The notes: generated from the letters alone by a model not told the origin. A stretch of 32,000 nucleotides of DNA from Candidatus Saccharimonadota bacterium (GCA_036689235.1 CP144769.1:1-32000), one strand, 5' to 3'; shown: positions 1 through 12,598, numbered from the stretch's first letter. Program-made: numbers and translations.

Positions 1-728
1 GAAAAATGATTTTAAATAAATATTTTTTTTTAAAACCTAAATATATAATATTTATTTTTGATTATAATAGAAAAAATTTTAGAAATAAAATTTATAGTAA
101 TTATAAAAAAAATCGTAAATTAATTTCTTTAAATTTACTAAAATATATAAATTTAATAAAAAATAAATTAAATAATTGAGGTATAAATTATTTTACTATA
201 CCTTATGTTGAAGGGGATGATGTAATAGGAACATTAGTAAAAAAAATAAAAAATAAAAAAAAATATAAAATATATATATTATCTTGTGATAAAGATTTAT
301 TACAATTAATAAATAAAAATATATATATGTTGGTTAAAAAAAATAAAATATTTAATAGAAGAAAAGTATTTAAAAAATATGGAATATATCCTAAATTATT
401 TAAAGATATGTTAATATTATGTGGAGATAAAAGTGATAATATACCAGGAATAAATGGAATAGGAATAAAAACAGCATCTTTATTATTAAATAATATAGGT
501 AATATAAAAAATATATATAAAAATTTAAATAAAATAAAAAAATTAAAAATAAAAAATTATTTAAATATAATAAAAAATTTAAAATATAATTATAGTAATA
601 TAAGTATATGAAATAGTTTGATATCTTTAAAAACTAATATTAAAATTAATTTAAGATTAAAAAAATTTATAGTAAATATAAGATTATTAATTAATATTTT
701 AAATAAAATTAATTTATTAAAAATATAA
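1..728 (+). CDS. polA: DNA polymerase I, 5'-3' exonuclease domain only (5' end lies outside the window); it stops where the Klenow part would begin
   Basis: Frame-3 translation gives ...YVEGDDVIGTL...LSCDKDLLQL...LCGDKSDNIPGINGIGIKTASLLL...LISLKTNIKINL...LLINILNKINLLKI*. This is colinear with E. coli PolA residues ~60-320 (FEN and H3TH motifs). Track ORF 327..611 is extended on both sides by reading in-frame TGA at 177-179 and 609-611 as Trp. TAA stop at 726-728. Confidence 0.8.
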
Positions 729-794
729 ATAATTATTAAAATTTTATTTTTATAATAAATATATTTTATATTAATAAAAAATAGATTATTTTAA

Positions 795-1493
795 ATGATA
801 ATAATTAGAAATAATATAATATTTAAAAAATGTATTTTATGTAAAGCTTTTATTTTAAGAAATAAAGAAATTTATATTAAAAAAAATAAAATTAAAAAAG
901 AAAATATTAATAATGAAATAAATTATTTTATAAAAATATATAAGAAAACAGTTAATCAATTCAATAAAATTAAATTTTTATTATCTAAAAAAATTAAAAA
1001 AATTTTTTGTAAGAAATATAAAATAATATTAAAAAAAAATATATTTAAAAAAAATATAATTAATTTCATTAAAAATAAAAAAATATATTCTGATTTTTCT
1101 ATTAAATATATTATAGATAAATATATTAATAATATAAAAAAAATAGATAATAATTTTTTAAGAGAAAAAATTAATATTTTTTTAGATATTAAAAAAAGAT
1201 TATTATATAATTTATATAATATAAAATTTATAAATTTTAATTTTTTAAATTATATAAAAGATAAAATTATTATTATTAGTAATGATATATTTTTTTCTCA
1301 AATTATTAAATTCAATTTTAATAAAATTATTGGTTTTATTATTGAATTAGGTAATAAAAATTCAATTAATTATTTATTTTTAAAATCTTTAAATTTAATT
1401 AATATTATAAATATTAAAAAAATTACAAAAAATATTTATAATAATGATTCTATAATAATTAATAAAAATAATATTTATATTAATTATTTATAA
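795..1493 (+). pseudogene. ptsI: Truncated PTS enzyme I: N-terminal EIN domain only, with the phospho-acceptor His replaced (open 232-codon frame; probably a remnant)
   Basis: Near-ungapped colinearity with E. coli EI residues 1-249. Examples: NFLREKINIFLDIKKRLLYNL vs [21 protein letters not shown], and KIIGFIIELGNKNSINYLFLKSLNL vs [25 protein letters not shown]. It ends at the EIN/EIC boundary, and no EIC sequence lies downstream before tRNA-Phe. The codon aligned to His189 is ATT (1365-1367). Confidence 0.6.
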
Positions 1494-1548
1494 TAAATTA
1501 AATATTTAAATAAAATAATATTATATTATTTTTTTATTATATAATATT

Positions 1549-1621
<73 letters not shown>

Positions 1622-1968
1622 CTTTTTATATTTATTTTATTATTTATTTAAAAAAAAAAAAAATATAAATTCATTTAATTTTTATTTTTAAACTATTATA
1701 ATAATAATATTTTATATTATTAATAATATTAATACAAGATTTAAAAAATAATTATTTATATTTAAGTTATATTAATAATAATATTATTATTATTTTTTAT
1801 ATATATTTATAATAATTTTTAATTAATTAATATAATAATTTTAATATAATATATAATTTATATTTAAATTCAAAATTTTTAATTTATTAATAATTAGTTA
1901 TTAATTTTATTTATATTAATAAATTTATATTATTTTATCAATAGTATATAAATAAGTAGGAGTTTTTA

Positions 1969-2259
1969 ATGAAAATTCGTCCATTACATGATCGTATTAT
2001 AGTAAAACGTAAAGATGTTGAATCTAAATCATCTGGTGGTATAGTTCTTACAGGAACATCTGCTGGTAAATCTAATAGAGGAAAAGTAATTGCTGTAGGA
2101 AAAGGTCGTATACTTGATAATGGAAGTATTAAAAAACTTGATGTTAAAATTGGTGATATAGTTATTTTTAATGATGGTTATGGTATAAAATCTGAAAAAA
2201 TTGATAATAAAGAAATTTTAATTATGTCTGAAAATGATGTGTTAGCTATTATTGATTAA
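1969..2259 (+). CDS. groES: Co-chaperonin GroES
   Basis: [14 protein letters not shown]...GGIVLTG...GKVIAVG is a canonical Cpn10 sequence. An AGGAG Shine-Dalgarno lies 8 nt upstream, and groEL follows directly. Confidence 0.97.
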   Translation: MKIRPLHDRIIVKRKDVESKSSGGIVLTGTSAGKSNRGKVIAVGKGRILDNGSIKKLDVKIGDIVIFNDGYGIKSEKIDNKEILIMSENDVLAIID

Positions 2260-2267
2260 TATTTTAA

Positions 2268-3950
<1,683 letters not shown>

Positions 3951-4000
3951 TTTAATTATATATATATTAAATTATATTTTTATATAAATAATTAAAATTA

Positions 4001-4032
4001 AATATTAAAGTCCTTTTAAGGACTTTAATATT
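4001..4032 (+). terminator. Perfect inverted repeat downstream of groEL, likely an intrinsic terminator
   Basis: aatattaaagtcc-ttttaa-ggactttaatatt is a 13-15 bp perfect stem followed by a T-rich stretch. It contains almost the only G/C bases in this spacer. Confidence 0.6.
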
Positions 4033-4075
4033 AATTTATTTTTATTTTTCTTTTATAAATAATTTATAATACTTT

Positions 4076-4333
4076 ATGTTAAATTTAAAAAAAATAATTA
4101 ATAATCTTAAAAAAAATAAAAATAATATTGGTTCTATTAAATTTCAAATATTTTTATTAAGTTATCGTATAAATAATTTACAAAAACATATTTTTAATTT
4201 TAAAAAAGATTTTCATAATAAGTTAGGTTTATTAAAACTAATATTTCGTCGTCGTAGATTTTTAAAATATATAAAAAATAATAATATAAATGAATATAAT
4301 TTTATTATTAAAAAATTAAAGTTACGTTATTAA
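4076..4333 (+). CDS. rpsO: 30S ribosomal protein S15
   Basis: GSIKFQIFLLSYRINNLQKHIFNFKKDFHNKLGLLKLIFRRRRFLKYIK aligns with E. coli [49 protein letters not shown]. It lies upstream of pnp, as in E. coli. Confidence 0.93.
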   Translation: MLNLKKIINNLKKNKNNIGSIKFQIFLLSYRINNLQKHIFNFKKDFHNKLGLLKLIFRRRRFLKYIKNNNINEYNFIIKKLKLRY

Positions 4334-4383
4334 TTTTAATTATTTATATATTTTATAAACATTTAATTACAAAGGAATTTAAT

Positions 4384-6528
4384 TTGTTTAATAATAATAT
4401 TTTAAAATTTAGTTATGGTAAAAATATAATTAAATTAGAAAATGGTTATATAGCTCGTCAATGTACTTCTTCTATTATAGCTAGTATGAATGATACTGTT
4501 GTTGTTGTTACTTTAGTTTATAATGATGAAATAAAAAATGACCAAAATTTTTTACCTTTAACTGTTCATTATCAAGAAAAATTTTATTCTATAGGTAAAA
4601 TTCCTGGAAGTTTTTTTAGAAGAGAAGGTAGGCCTAGTGATGTTGAAATAATTATCTCAAGATTGATTGATAGATCTATACGTCCATTATTTAATGATAA
4701 ATTTTTATATAATATTCAAATAGTTATTAATGTTATTTCAGTTAATCCTCAAATTAGTACTGATATTATATCTATAATAGCGGTTTCAGCTGTTTTAAAA
4801 ATTTCAGGTATAAATGATATTGAATCTTTAGGAGTAGCAAGAGTTGGATATATAAATAATAAATATATATTAAATCCAACTTTAAATGAAATTATAATAA
4901 GTAAATTAAATTTAATTGTTGTAGGTACAAATGATGCTATTTTTATGATAGATTGTTCTTCTAAAAATATTAATGAAAATTATATTTTTAATGGTATAAA
5001 TTTTGCTTATGATAATTATAAATGTTTAATAAATAATATTAATAAATTTTCTTTAATATGTAAAAAAAGTAATTTAATTAATAATATTAATAATAATATT
5101 ATTAATAATAAATTTTTTTCTGATAATTTAGATAATTATATATATGATTATTGTATAAAAAAAATAAAATCTATATATTTACAAAAATATAATAAAAAAG
5201 AAAGAATAAAATTATTAAATGATATTAAAAATAATTTATTAATAGAATTATTAAATAATAATGAAAATTTTTATGAATATTTAGTTTTAAATAAAATAAA
5301 TAAAATTGAAAAAGAAGTATTTATAGAAAATTTAATTAAATATGGTATTCGTATAGATGGAAGAAAAGAAAATGATATTAGAAATATAGATATTAAAATA
5401 GGATTTTTACCTAAAAGAGTACATGGATCTTCTCTTTTTACTAGAGGAGAAACTCAAGCTTTAGTTACTATTACTTTAGGTACTTTAAAAGATGCTCAAA
5501 GTTTTGATGATATTCTTTTAGGTGAACGTTTAGATAATTTTATATTTCATTATAATTTTCCTCCGTATTCCGTTGGAGAAATTGGAAATATAGGTATTCC
5601 TAAACGTAGAGAAATTGGTCATGGTTATTTAGCTAAAAAAGGTATAATTCCTATATTACCTAATATTAAAAAATTCCCTTATACTATACGTATAGTTTCT
5701 GATATAATGGAGTCTAATGGTTCTTCTTCTATGGCTTCTGTTTGTGGAGCTTCTTTAGCTTTAATGGATGCTGGTGTTCCTATTAAATGTCATGTTGCTG
5801 GTATATCTATGGGTTTAATAAAAACTTCTAAAAAAAATTTTATTATTTCAGATATAATTGGTGATGAAGATAGATTAGGTGATATGGATTTTAAAGTAGT
5901 TGGAACAAATACAGGTATTACTGCATTGCAAATGGATATGAAAACTAAAGGTATTGATCTAAATAATATTCATGAATCTTTGAAAAAAGCTAATGTTTCT
6001 AGATTATATATATTAAATAAAATGAATTATAAAATTAAATTTTCTAGATCTTATTTATCTCCTTATTGTCCTAAAATATATAAATTTAAAGTAGATGTAA
6101 ATAAAATTAAAGATATTATTGGAAAAGGTGGTTCTGTAATAAAATATCTTACTCAAAAAAATAATTGTTTAATTGAAGTTAATAATGATGGATTAATAAA
6201 TATTGTATCTAATAATAAAATTAACGCAATTAACACTATAAAAGATATAAAAGAAATTATTGGTTATAATATAAAAAAGAATTGTGTATATTTATCTAAA
6301 ATTATTAAAATAGTTAATTTTGGATTATTTGTTAGTATATATAAAGGAAAAGAAAATTTAATTCATATTTCAAAAATAACATATAAAAATAAAAAAATTG
6401 ATAATATTTTTAATTACTTTAAAATTGGACAATATATATATGTTAGAGTTATTGATATAGATATAAATGGAAAATTAAAATTAAGTATTGAAAATAATAT
6501 TAAAATTAATAAAAATAAATTAAAATAA
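4384..6528 (+). CDS. pnp: Polynucleotide phosphorylase
   Basis: 714 aa with two RNase PH domains (FFRREGRPS, FPPYSVGE, GSSSMASVCG), then KH (GKGGSVIK) and S1 domains. The TTG start follows an AAGGA Shine-Dalgarno; E. coli pnp also starts with UUG. Confidence 0.97.
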   Translation: MFNNNILKFSYGKNIIKLENGYIARQCTSSIIASMNDTVVVVTLVYNDEIKNDQNFLPLTVHYQEKFYSIGKIPGSFFRREGRPSDVEIIISRLIDRSIRPLFNDKFLYNIQIVINVISVNPQISTDIISIIAVSAVLKISGINDIESLGVARVGYINNKYILNPTLNEIIISKLNLIVVGTNDAIFMIDCSSKNINENYIFNGINFAYDNYKCLINNINKFSLICKKSNLINNINNNIINNKFFSDNLDNYIYDYCIKKIKSIYLQKYNKKERIKLLNDIKNNLLIELLNNNENFYEYLVLNKINKIEKEVFIENLIKYGIRIDGRKENDIRNIDIKIGFLPKRVHGSSLFTRGETQALVTITLGTLKDAQSFDDILLGERLDNFIFHYNFPPYSVGEIGNIGIPKRREIGHGYLAKKGIIPILPNIKKFPYTIRIVSDIMESNGSSSMASVCGASLALMDAGVPIKCHVAGISMGLIKTSKKNFIISDIIGDEDRLGDMDFKVVGTNTGITALQMDMKTKGIDLNNIHESLKKANVSRLYILNKMNYKIKFSRSYLSPYCPKIYKFKVDVNKIKDIIGKGGSVIKYLTQKNNCLIEVNNDGLINIVSNNKINAINTIKDIKEIIGYNIKKNCVYLSKIIKIVNFGLFVSIYKGKENLIHISKITYKNKKIDNIFNYFKIGQYIYVRVIDIDINGKLKLSIENNIKINKNKLK

Positions 6529-6541
6529 TAAAAATTACAAA

Positions 6542-7867
6542 ATGATTATTAATTTTTCTAGTTTTAAATTAAAAAATGAATTGTTAAAAGTTATAAAAGA
6601 AATTGGTTATAATCAACCTACTCCTATTCAATCAAAATGTATTCCTTTATTAATAAATGGATATAGTATATTAGGTATTGCTAAAACTGGTAGTGGTAAA
6701 ACTGCTGCTTATATTTTACCTATATTAAATAATATAAGTAATATTTTTTTAAATTGTTTAATTTTAGTTCCTACTAGAGAATTAGCAATACAAATAAAAA
6801 ATAATTTTATATTATTTTCTAAATATTTAAAAATAAAAATTTTATCTTTATATGGTGGACAAAAATATAATATTCAATTATCTAAATTAAAAGAAAATCC
6901 TAATATTATAATTTCTACTCCAGGTAGATTAATTGATTTTATTAAAAGACGCAATTTAATAAATTTTAATTATATTAAATTTTTAGTTTTAGATGAAGTA
7001 GATGAAATGTTTTGTAAAGGTTTTATTAATGATGTAAAATTTATTTTATCAAATATTAAAAGTAAATATCAAATAGCTTTATTTTCTGCTACTATATGTA
7101 ATAATATAAGAAATATTATTAAAAGATTTAAATTATTTCCTAAAGAAATTAATTTATCTTTAAATAATAAAAATAAAAATATACCTAAAAATATTAAACA
7201 ATTTTACTGTTTATTTTATTCTTATAAAGATAAAATTAATTTTTTAATTAATTTTTTAGAAATTGAAAAATTTAAAGCTGCTATAATTTTTGTTAAAACA
7301 AAAAGTTATACATTAAAATTATCTAATTTATTACAAATAAATGGTTATAATTGTTCTGCTTTAAATGGAGATATGAATCAAAATTTAAGAGAAAAAAATA
7401 TAAATAATTTACGTAATGGAAAAATATCTATATTAATTGCTACTGATATTGCTTCTAGAGGTTTAGATATTAATAATGTTAATTTAGTAATTAATTATGA
7501 TTTACCTATGGATTTTAAATCTTATATACATCGTATAGGTAGAACTGGTAGAGCTGATAATTTAGGAAAAACAATTTTATTTATTAGTAAAAAAGATATG
7601 AAATTTATATATTTTTTACAAAAAAAATTAAATATTAAAATAAATAAAATTTATTCTCCAAATAAAAATATTTTATTAAATATTAAAATAGATAAAATTA
7701 TTAATTTTATTAAAGATTATATAGATAAAAAAAAACATAAAAATTTTTTTTGTAAAAAAATATTAGATATAATTTATGAAAAATATAAATTTATTAATGA
7801 TAAAAAATTAAATTTTATTTTATTAGACTTTATATATAATATTTTTTTTTTAAATAAAAAATTATAG
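6542..7867 (+). CDS. deaD: DEAD-box RNA helicase, short form (441 aa)
   Basis: Motifs present: Q (PTPIQ), I (AKTGSGKTAAY), Ia (PTRELA), II (DEVD, not DEAD), III (SAT) and VI (HRIGRTGRA). Its position after pnp matches deaD in E. coli. A different paralogue (rhlE or srmB) cannot be excluded. Confidence 0.8.
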   Translation: MIINFSSFKLKNELLKVIKEIGYNQPTPIQSKCIPLLINGYSILGIAKTGSGKTAAYILPILNNISNIFLNCLILVPTRELAIQIKNNFILFSKYLKIKILSLYGGQKYNIQLSKLKENPNIIISTPGRLIDFIKRRNLINFNYIKFLVLDEVDEMFCKGFINDVKFILSNIKSKYQIALFSATICNNIRNIIKRFKLFPKEINLSLNNKNKNIPKNIKQFYCLFYSYKDKINFLINFLEIEKFKAAIIFVKTKSYTLKLSNLLQINGYNCSALNGDMNQNLREKNINNLRNGKISILIATDIASRGLDINNVNLVINYDLPMDFKSYIHRIGRTGRADNLGKTILFISKKDMKFIYFLQKKLNIKINKIYSPNKNILLNIKIDKIINFIKDYIDKKKHKNFFCKKILDIIYEKYKFINDKKLNFILLDFIYNIFFLNKKL

Positions 7868-7936
7868 GTGATAATGGAATTGAACCATTGACCTTCTCCT
7901 TGTAAAAGAGAAGCTCTACCACTGAGCTAATCACCT
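7865..7936 (-). tRNA. tRNA-Val (anticodon UAC)
   Basis: The reverse complement AGGTGATTAGCTCAGTGGTAGAGCTTCTCTTTTACAAGGAGAAGGTCAATGGTTCAATTCCATTATCACCTA gives a 7-bp acceptor stem, a TTCAATT T-loop and a TTTACAA anticodon loop. Its 3' end overlaps the deaD TAG stop on the other strand. Confidence 0.9.
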
Positions 7937-7957
7937 ATTTATTTTTTACTTTTATTT

Positions 7958-8310
7958 TGGAGTTGGCGGGATTCGAACCCGCGTCCAAAACAACTAATTT
8001 TATTGATAATACATGTTTATTTTATTTTATAATTTTTTAATTATTTAAAATAAAAAAAATAAATAATTAAATAGTCTATAAATTATTTATTATAGATATA
8101 GACACTCTATAATATTTCTCTTTTAAAATTACATTTTTTATATATCTAAAGAGATAAAAACAATATAAAAAACGTCTTTATAGCTTATTAAGCTGCTAAA
8201 GCATAATTATTACTATTTGCAACTATTATTTACGGTTTTTAACGCGGCCAACCGTCACCTCGACATGATCAAATAAAATTTGTATATTTTGTCAAATCCT
8301 AAACAACCCC
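7958..8310 (-). ncRNA. ssrA: tmRNA (SsrA), standard one-piece form
   Basis: The 5' end GGGGTTGTTTAGGATTTGAC and the 3' end GCGGGTTCGAATCCCGCCAACTCCA form the tRNA-like domain. The internal sequence ...GGTTGGCCGCGTTAAAAACCGTAAATAATAGTT GCA AAT AGT AAT AAT TAT GCT TTA GCA GCT TAA parallels E. coli ssrA. The tag ORF (8188-8220, minus strand) encodes ANSNNYALAA. Confidence 0.95.
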
Positions 8311-8349
8311 TTTTTTGTAAATTTATTATGAATTATATATATATTTTTT

Positions 8350-8790
8350 TTAAAAATCAATATTATTTTTTTTTTTTAATATTTTATTAATTATATATTT
8401 TTTTTTATTATATTTTTTTTTACCTTTTGCTATACCTATTATTATTTTTATTCATATATTATATAATATTATTGATATTGGAATTATTGTATATCCTTTT
8501 AATTTTATTTTATTACTTAAATATTGTATTTCTTTTTTTTTTAATAAAATTTTTATATCTTTTTTTTTTTTAAAAAAAATATTTTTATAATTATTTATAT
8601 TATAATTAGTTAGATATAAATTTTTTTTTTTAATTTTTATATAACTATTTTTTATATCTATTTCTTTTTTTTTTATTAATTTTACTTGTCATCCTTTTAA
8701 TACTATTCCTGCTTTAATTTTTTCTTCTATTTTATAATTTAAATATATTTTTTTATTTATTATTTTTATTTTTTTTTTTTTTTTTTTCAT
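8350..8790 (-). CDS. smpB: SsrA-binding protein SmpB (absent from the ORF track because of two in-frame TGA codons)
   Basis: Manual translation gives MKKKKKKIKIINKKIYLNYKIEEKIKAGIVLKGWQVKLIKKKEIDIKNSY...KDIKILLKKKEIQYLSNKIKLKGYTIIPISIILYNIWIKIIIGIAKGKKKYNKK... It is colinear with E. coli SmpB (AGLALQGWEVKSL..., [20 protein letters not shown]). The TGA codons at 8689-8691 and 8452-8454 coincide with the conserved Trp residues. It is adjacent and co-oriented with ssrA. Confidence 0.92.
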
Positions 8791-8893
8791 TTATTTATTT
8801 TATTTAATATTATTTATAATTTTATTATATATTTATTAGTATAATATATATATTTTAATTTTTTAAAAAAAAATATTTTAAGGAATAATTATT

Positions 8894-9493
8894 ATGAATA
8901 ATAAAAAAAAAAAAAATACTAAAAGTAATTCTATAAAAGAAAATGAAAAAAATATAAATGATTTAGATTTATTAAATAATAAGATTAAAAATTTAAAGAA
9001 TAAATTAAATATAAGAAATAGTAATTTAGATATTTTTAAAAAAAAAATATCTGATTTAAAAAAAAAAATATCTAATATTAATTTACGTTATTATGCAGAT
9101 ATTGATAATATCAATAAACGTAATGAAAAAAATATTAGTAAAATATATAAATATAGTTTAGAAAAATTTATATATGATATATTACCTATAATAGATAATT
9201 TAAAAAATGTTTTAAAAAATATAAAAAATAAAAAATTAGAAAATATTACATATGAAGGTATAAAATTAACTTTAAAAGATTTTATTTCTATTATAAAAAA
9301 ATTTGGAGTATCTATTATAAATAAAATTAATATTCCTTTTAATCCTGATTATCATCAAGCTATGTCTATTTTAGAATGTGATAAAAAAGATAAAGATAAT
9401 TATATAGTAGATATTTTACAAGAAGGTTATATATTAAATGGTAGATTATTAAGACCAGCTATGGTAAAAGTTTTTAAATTTATAGTTAAATAA
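8894..9493 (+). CDS. grpE: Nucleotide exchange factor GrpE
   Basis: The C-terminal FNPDYHQAMSILE...ILQEGYILNGRLLRPAMVKV matches E. coli FDPNVHQAIAMVE...MQKGYTLNGRTIRAAMVTV. An AAGGA Shine-Dalgarno lies upstream. Confidence 0.93.
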   Translation: MNNKKKKNTKSNSIKENEKNINDLDLLNNKIKNLKNKLNIRNSNLDIFKKKISDLKKKISNINLRYYADIDNINKRNEKNISKIYKYSLEKFIYDILPIIDNLKNVLKNIKNKKLENITYEGIKLTLKDFISIIKKFGVSIINKINIPFNPDYHQAMSILECDKKDKDNYIVDILQEGYILNGRLLRPAMVKVFKFIVK

Positions 9494-9534
9494 CTTGTTT
9501 TTTTTTTTTTATTTTGTTAAAATTTTATAATATA

Positions 9535-9606
9535 GGCCCTTTAGCTCAGTGGCAGAGCAAGCGACTCATAATCGCTTGGTCATTGGTTCGAATCCAATAA
9601 GGGCCA
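9535..9606 (+). tRNA. ileX: tRNA with CAU anticodon, most like tRNA-Ile2 (lysidine-modified, reads AUA)
   Basis: GGCCCTTTAGCTCAGTGGCAGAGCAAGCGACTCATAATCGCTTGGTCATTGGTTCGAATCCAATAAGGGCCA is near-identical through the D and anticodon arms to E. coli ileX as I recall it. Elongator tRNA-Met cannot be fully excluded. Confidence 0.75.
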
Positions 9607-9701
9607 TATTATTTTATTAATATTTTTTTTTATTTTTAATTAAAATATAAATTTTATAATAATATATAATTAATAATAAATTTATTTATTTAAAAAAAAA
9701 T

Positions 9702-9791
9702 AATAAAAATAATAAAAATAATAAAAATAATAAAAATAATAAAAATAATAAAAATAATAAAAATAATAAAAATAATAAAAATAATAAAATA
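9702..9791. repeat. Tandem 9-bp repeat (AATAAAAAT): 9 perfect copies plus one degenerate copy
   Basis: Perfect period-9 units start at 9702, 9711, ... 9774, and the tenth unit (9783-9791) lacks one A. The repeat is intergenic, between the convergent tRNA(CAU) and truB. Confidence 0.95.
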
Positions 9792-9797
9792 ATAATT

Positions 9798-10499
9798 TTA
9801 TTTTAAGTATTTTTTTAATTTATGATGTTTTATAATAGTTTTTTTTTTTTTTTTTAATAAATCAATAAAATTGTAAGAATCTTTTATTTTAAATTTTCCT
9901 ATTTTTGTCCTTTTTAATTTTAATATATATGCTCCACATTTTAATTTATTACCTATATCATTTATAATACTTCTTATATATGTTCCTTTTGAACATTTTA
10001 TTTTTAATTTTATTATTTTTTTTTTTATTTTATTTATTTTTATTTTATATATATAAATATATTTTTTTTTTTTTATATTTATACCTTTAATTGCATATTT
10101 ATATAAAGGTTTACCTTTATATTTACATGCTGAATATATAGGTATTTTATGTAATATTTTTCCTTTATATTTTTTTATTATTTTATATATATTTTTTTTT
10201 ATTTTTTTATTTGATATATTTTTTTTTTTAATTATATATCCATAAGCATCATATGTATTTGTTTTTTCGCCTAATTTAATTGTTATTTTATAAGTTTTTT
10301 TTTTTTTAATAATTTTATTAAATAATTTATTTGTTTTTCCAAAAGCTATTAATAGTAAACCTGATGATATAGGATCTAAAGATCCTATATATCCTATTTT
10401 TTTTTCTTTTAATATTTTTTTTATTTTTTTTAATGCATTATTTGAAGTTATACCAATAGGTTTATTAAATAATAATAAACCATTTTTTTTATTTAACAT
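9798..10499 (-). CDS. truB: tRNA pseudouridine-55 synthase TruB
   Basis: GLLLFNKPIGITSNNALKKIKKI...IGYIGSLDPISSGLLLIAFGKTNK matches the TruB N-terminus, including the catalytic Asp in the GxLDP motif. It follows rbfA, as in E. coli. Confidence 0.9.
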   Translation of the reverse strand: MLNKKNGLLLFNKPIGITSNNALKKIKKILKEKKIGYIGSLDPISSGLLLIAFGKTNKLFNKIIKKKKTYKITIKLGEKTNTYDAYGYIIKKKNISNKKIKKNIYKIIKKYKGKILHKIPIYSACKYKGKPLYKYAIKGINIKKKKYIYIYKIKINKIKKKIIKLKIKCSKGTYIRSIINDIGNKLKCGAYILKLKRTKIGKFKIKDSYNFIDLLKKKKKTIIKHHKLKKYLK

Positions 10500-10856
10500 T
10501 ATTTTTATTTATTTTATTTATTTTTTTATATAAATTATTTATTTTATCTAAAAAAATATCATATTTAAAATTAATTTTTATTATTTTTTTAATATAAATT
10601 TTTTTTCTTAATTCTTTAATTATATATTTATTATTTTTTTTTAATTTATTTATATAATAATTTATAATATTTTTTTTTATTTTTTTTATAAAATTTATAT
10701 ATATATCTATTTTAGATAAATCTTTTGAAATAAATATATAATTTATATTAATAAAAAAATTTTTTTTAAATAAATAATTACATTTTAAAAATATAATTTT
10801 TGTAATTTGTTTTTGTATTTCTTTATTTATTTTATTATATTTTATTTCTTTTTTCA

Positions 10857-10857
<1 letters not shown>
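10489..10857 (-). CDS. rbfA: Ribosome-binding factor A
   Basis: Weak but colinear similarity to E. coli RbfA (KINKEIQKQITKIIF vs RVAQEMQKEIALIL; ISKDLSKIDIYI vs MSRDLAYAKVYV). It sits in the infB-rbfA-truB position. Its ATG overlaps the infB stop (TAATG). Confidence 0.75.
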
Positions 10858-12578
<1,721 letters not shown>

Positions 12579-12598
12579 TTTATTTATTGTTATTATTA

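Noticed and set aside
1622-1968. The 347-bp spacer upstream of groES, as a possible hidden gene, a heat-shock (sigma32) promoter or a CIRCE element
   Set aside because: There is no open frame under either genetic code. I could find no CTTGAAA/CCCCAT-like sigma32 boxes and no CIRCE inverted repeat. The spacer is almost pure A/T low-complexity sequence.
9702-9791. Possible CRISPR array
   Set aside because: The 9-bp units are directly abutting with no spacers, far below CRISPR repeat length, and no cas genes are nearby. This is a simple minisatellite.
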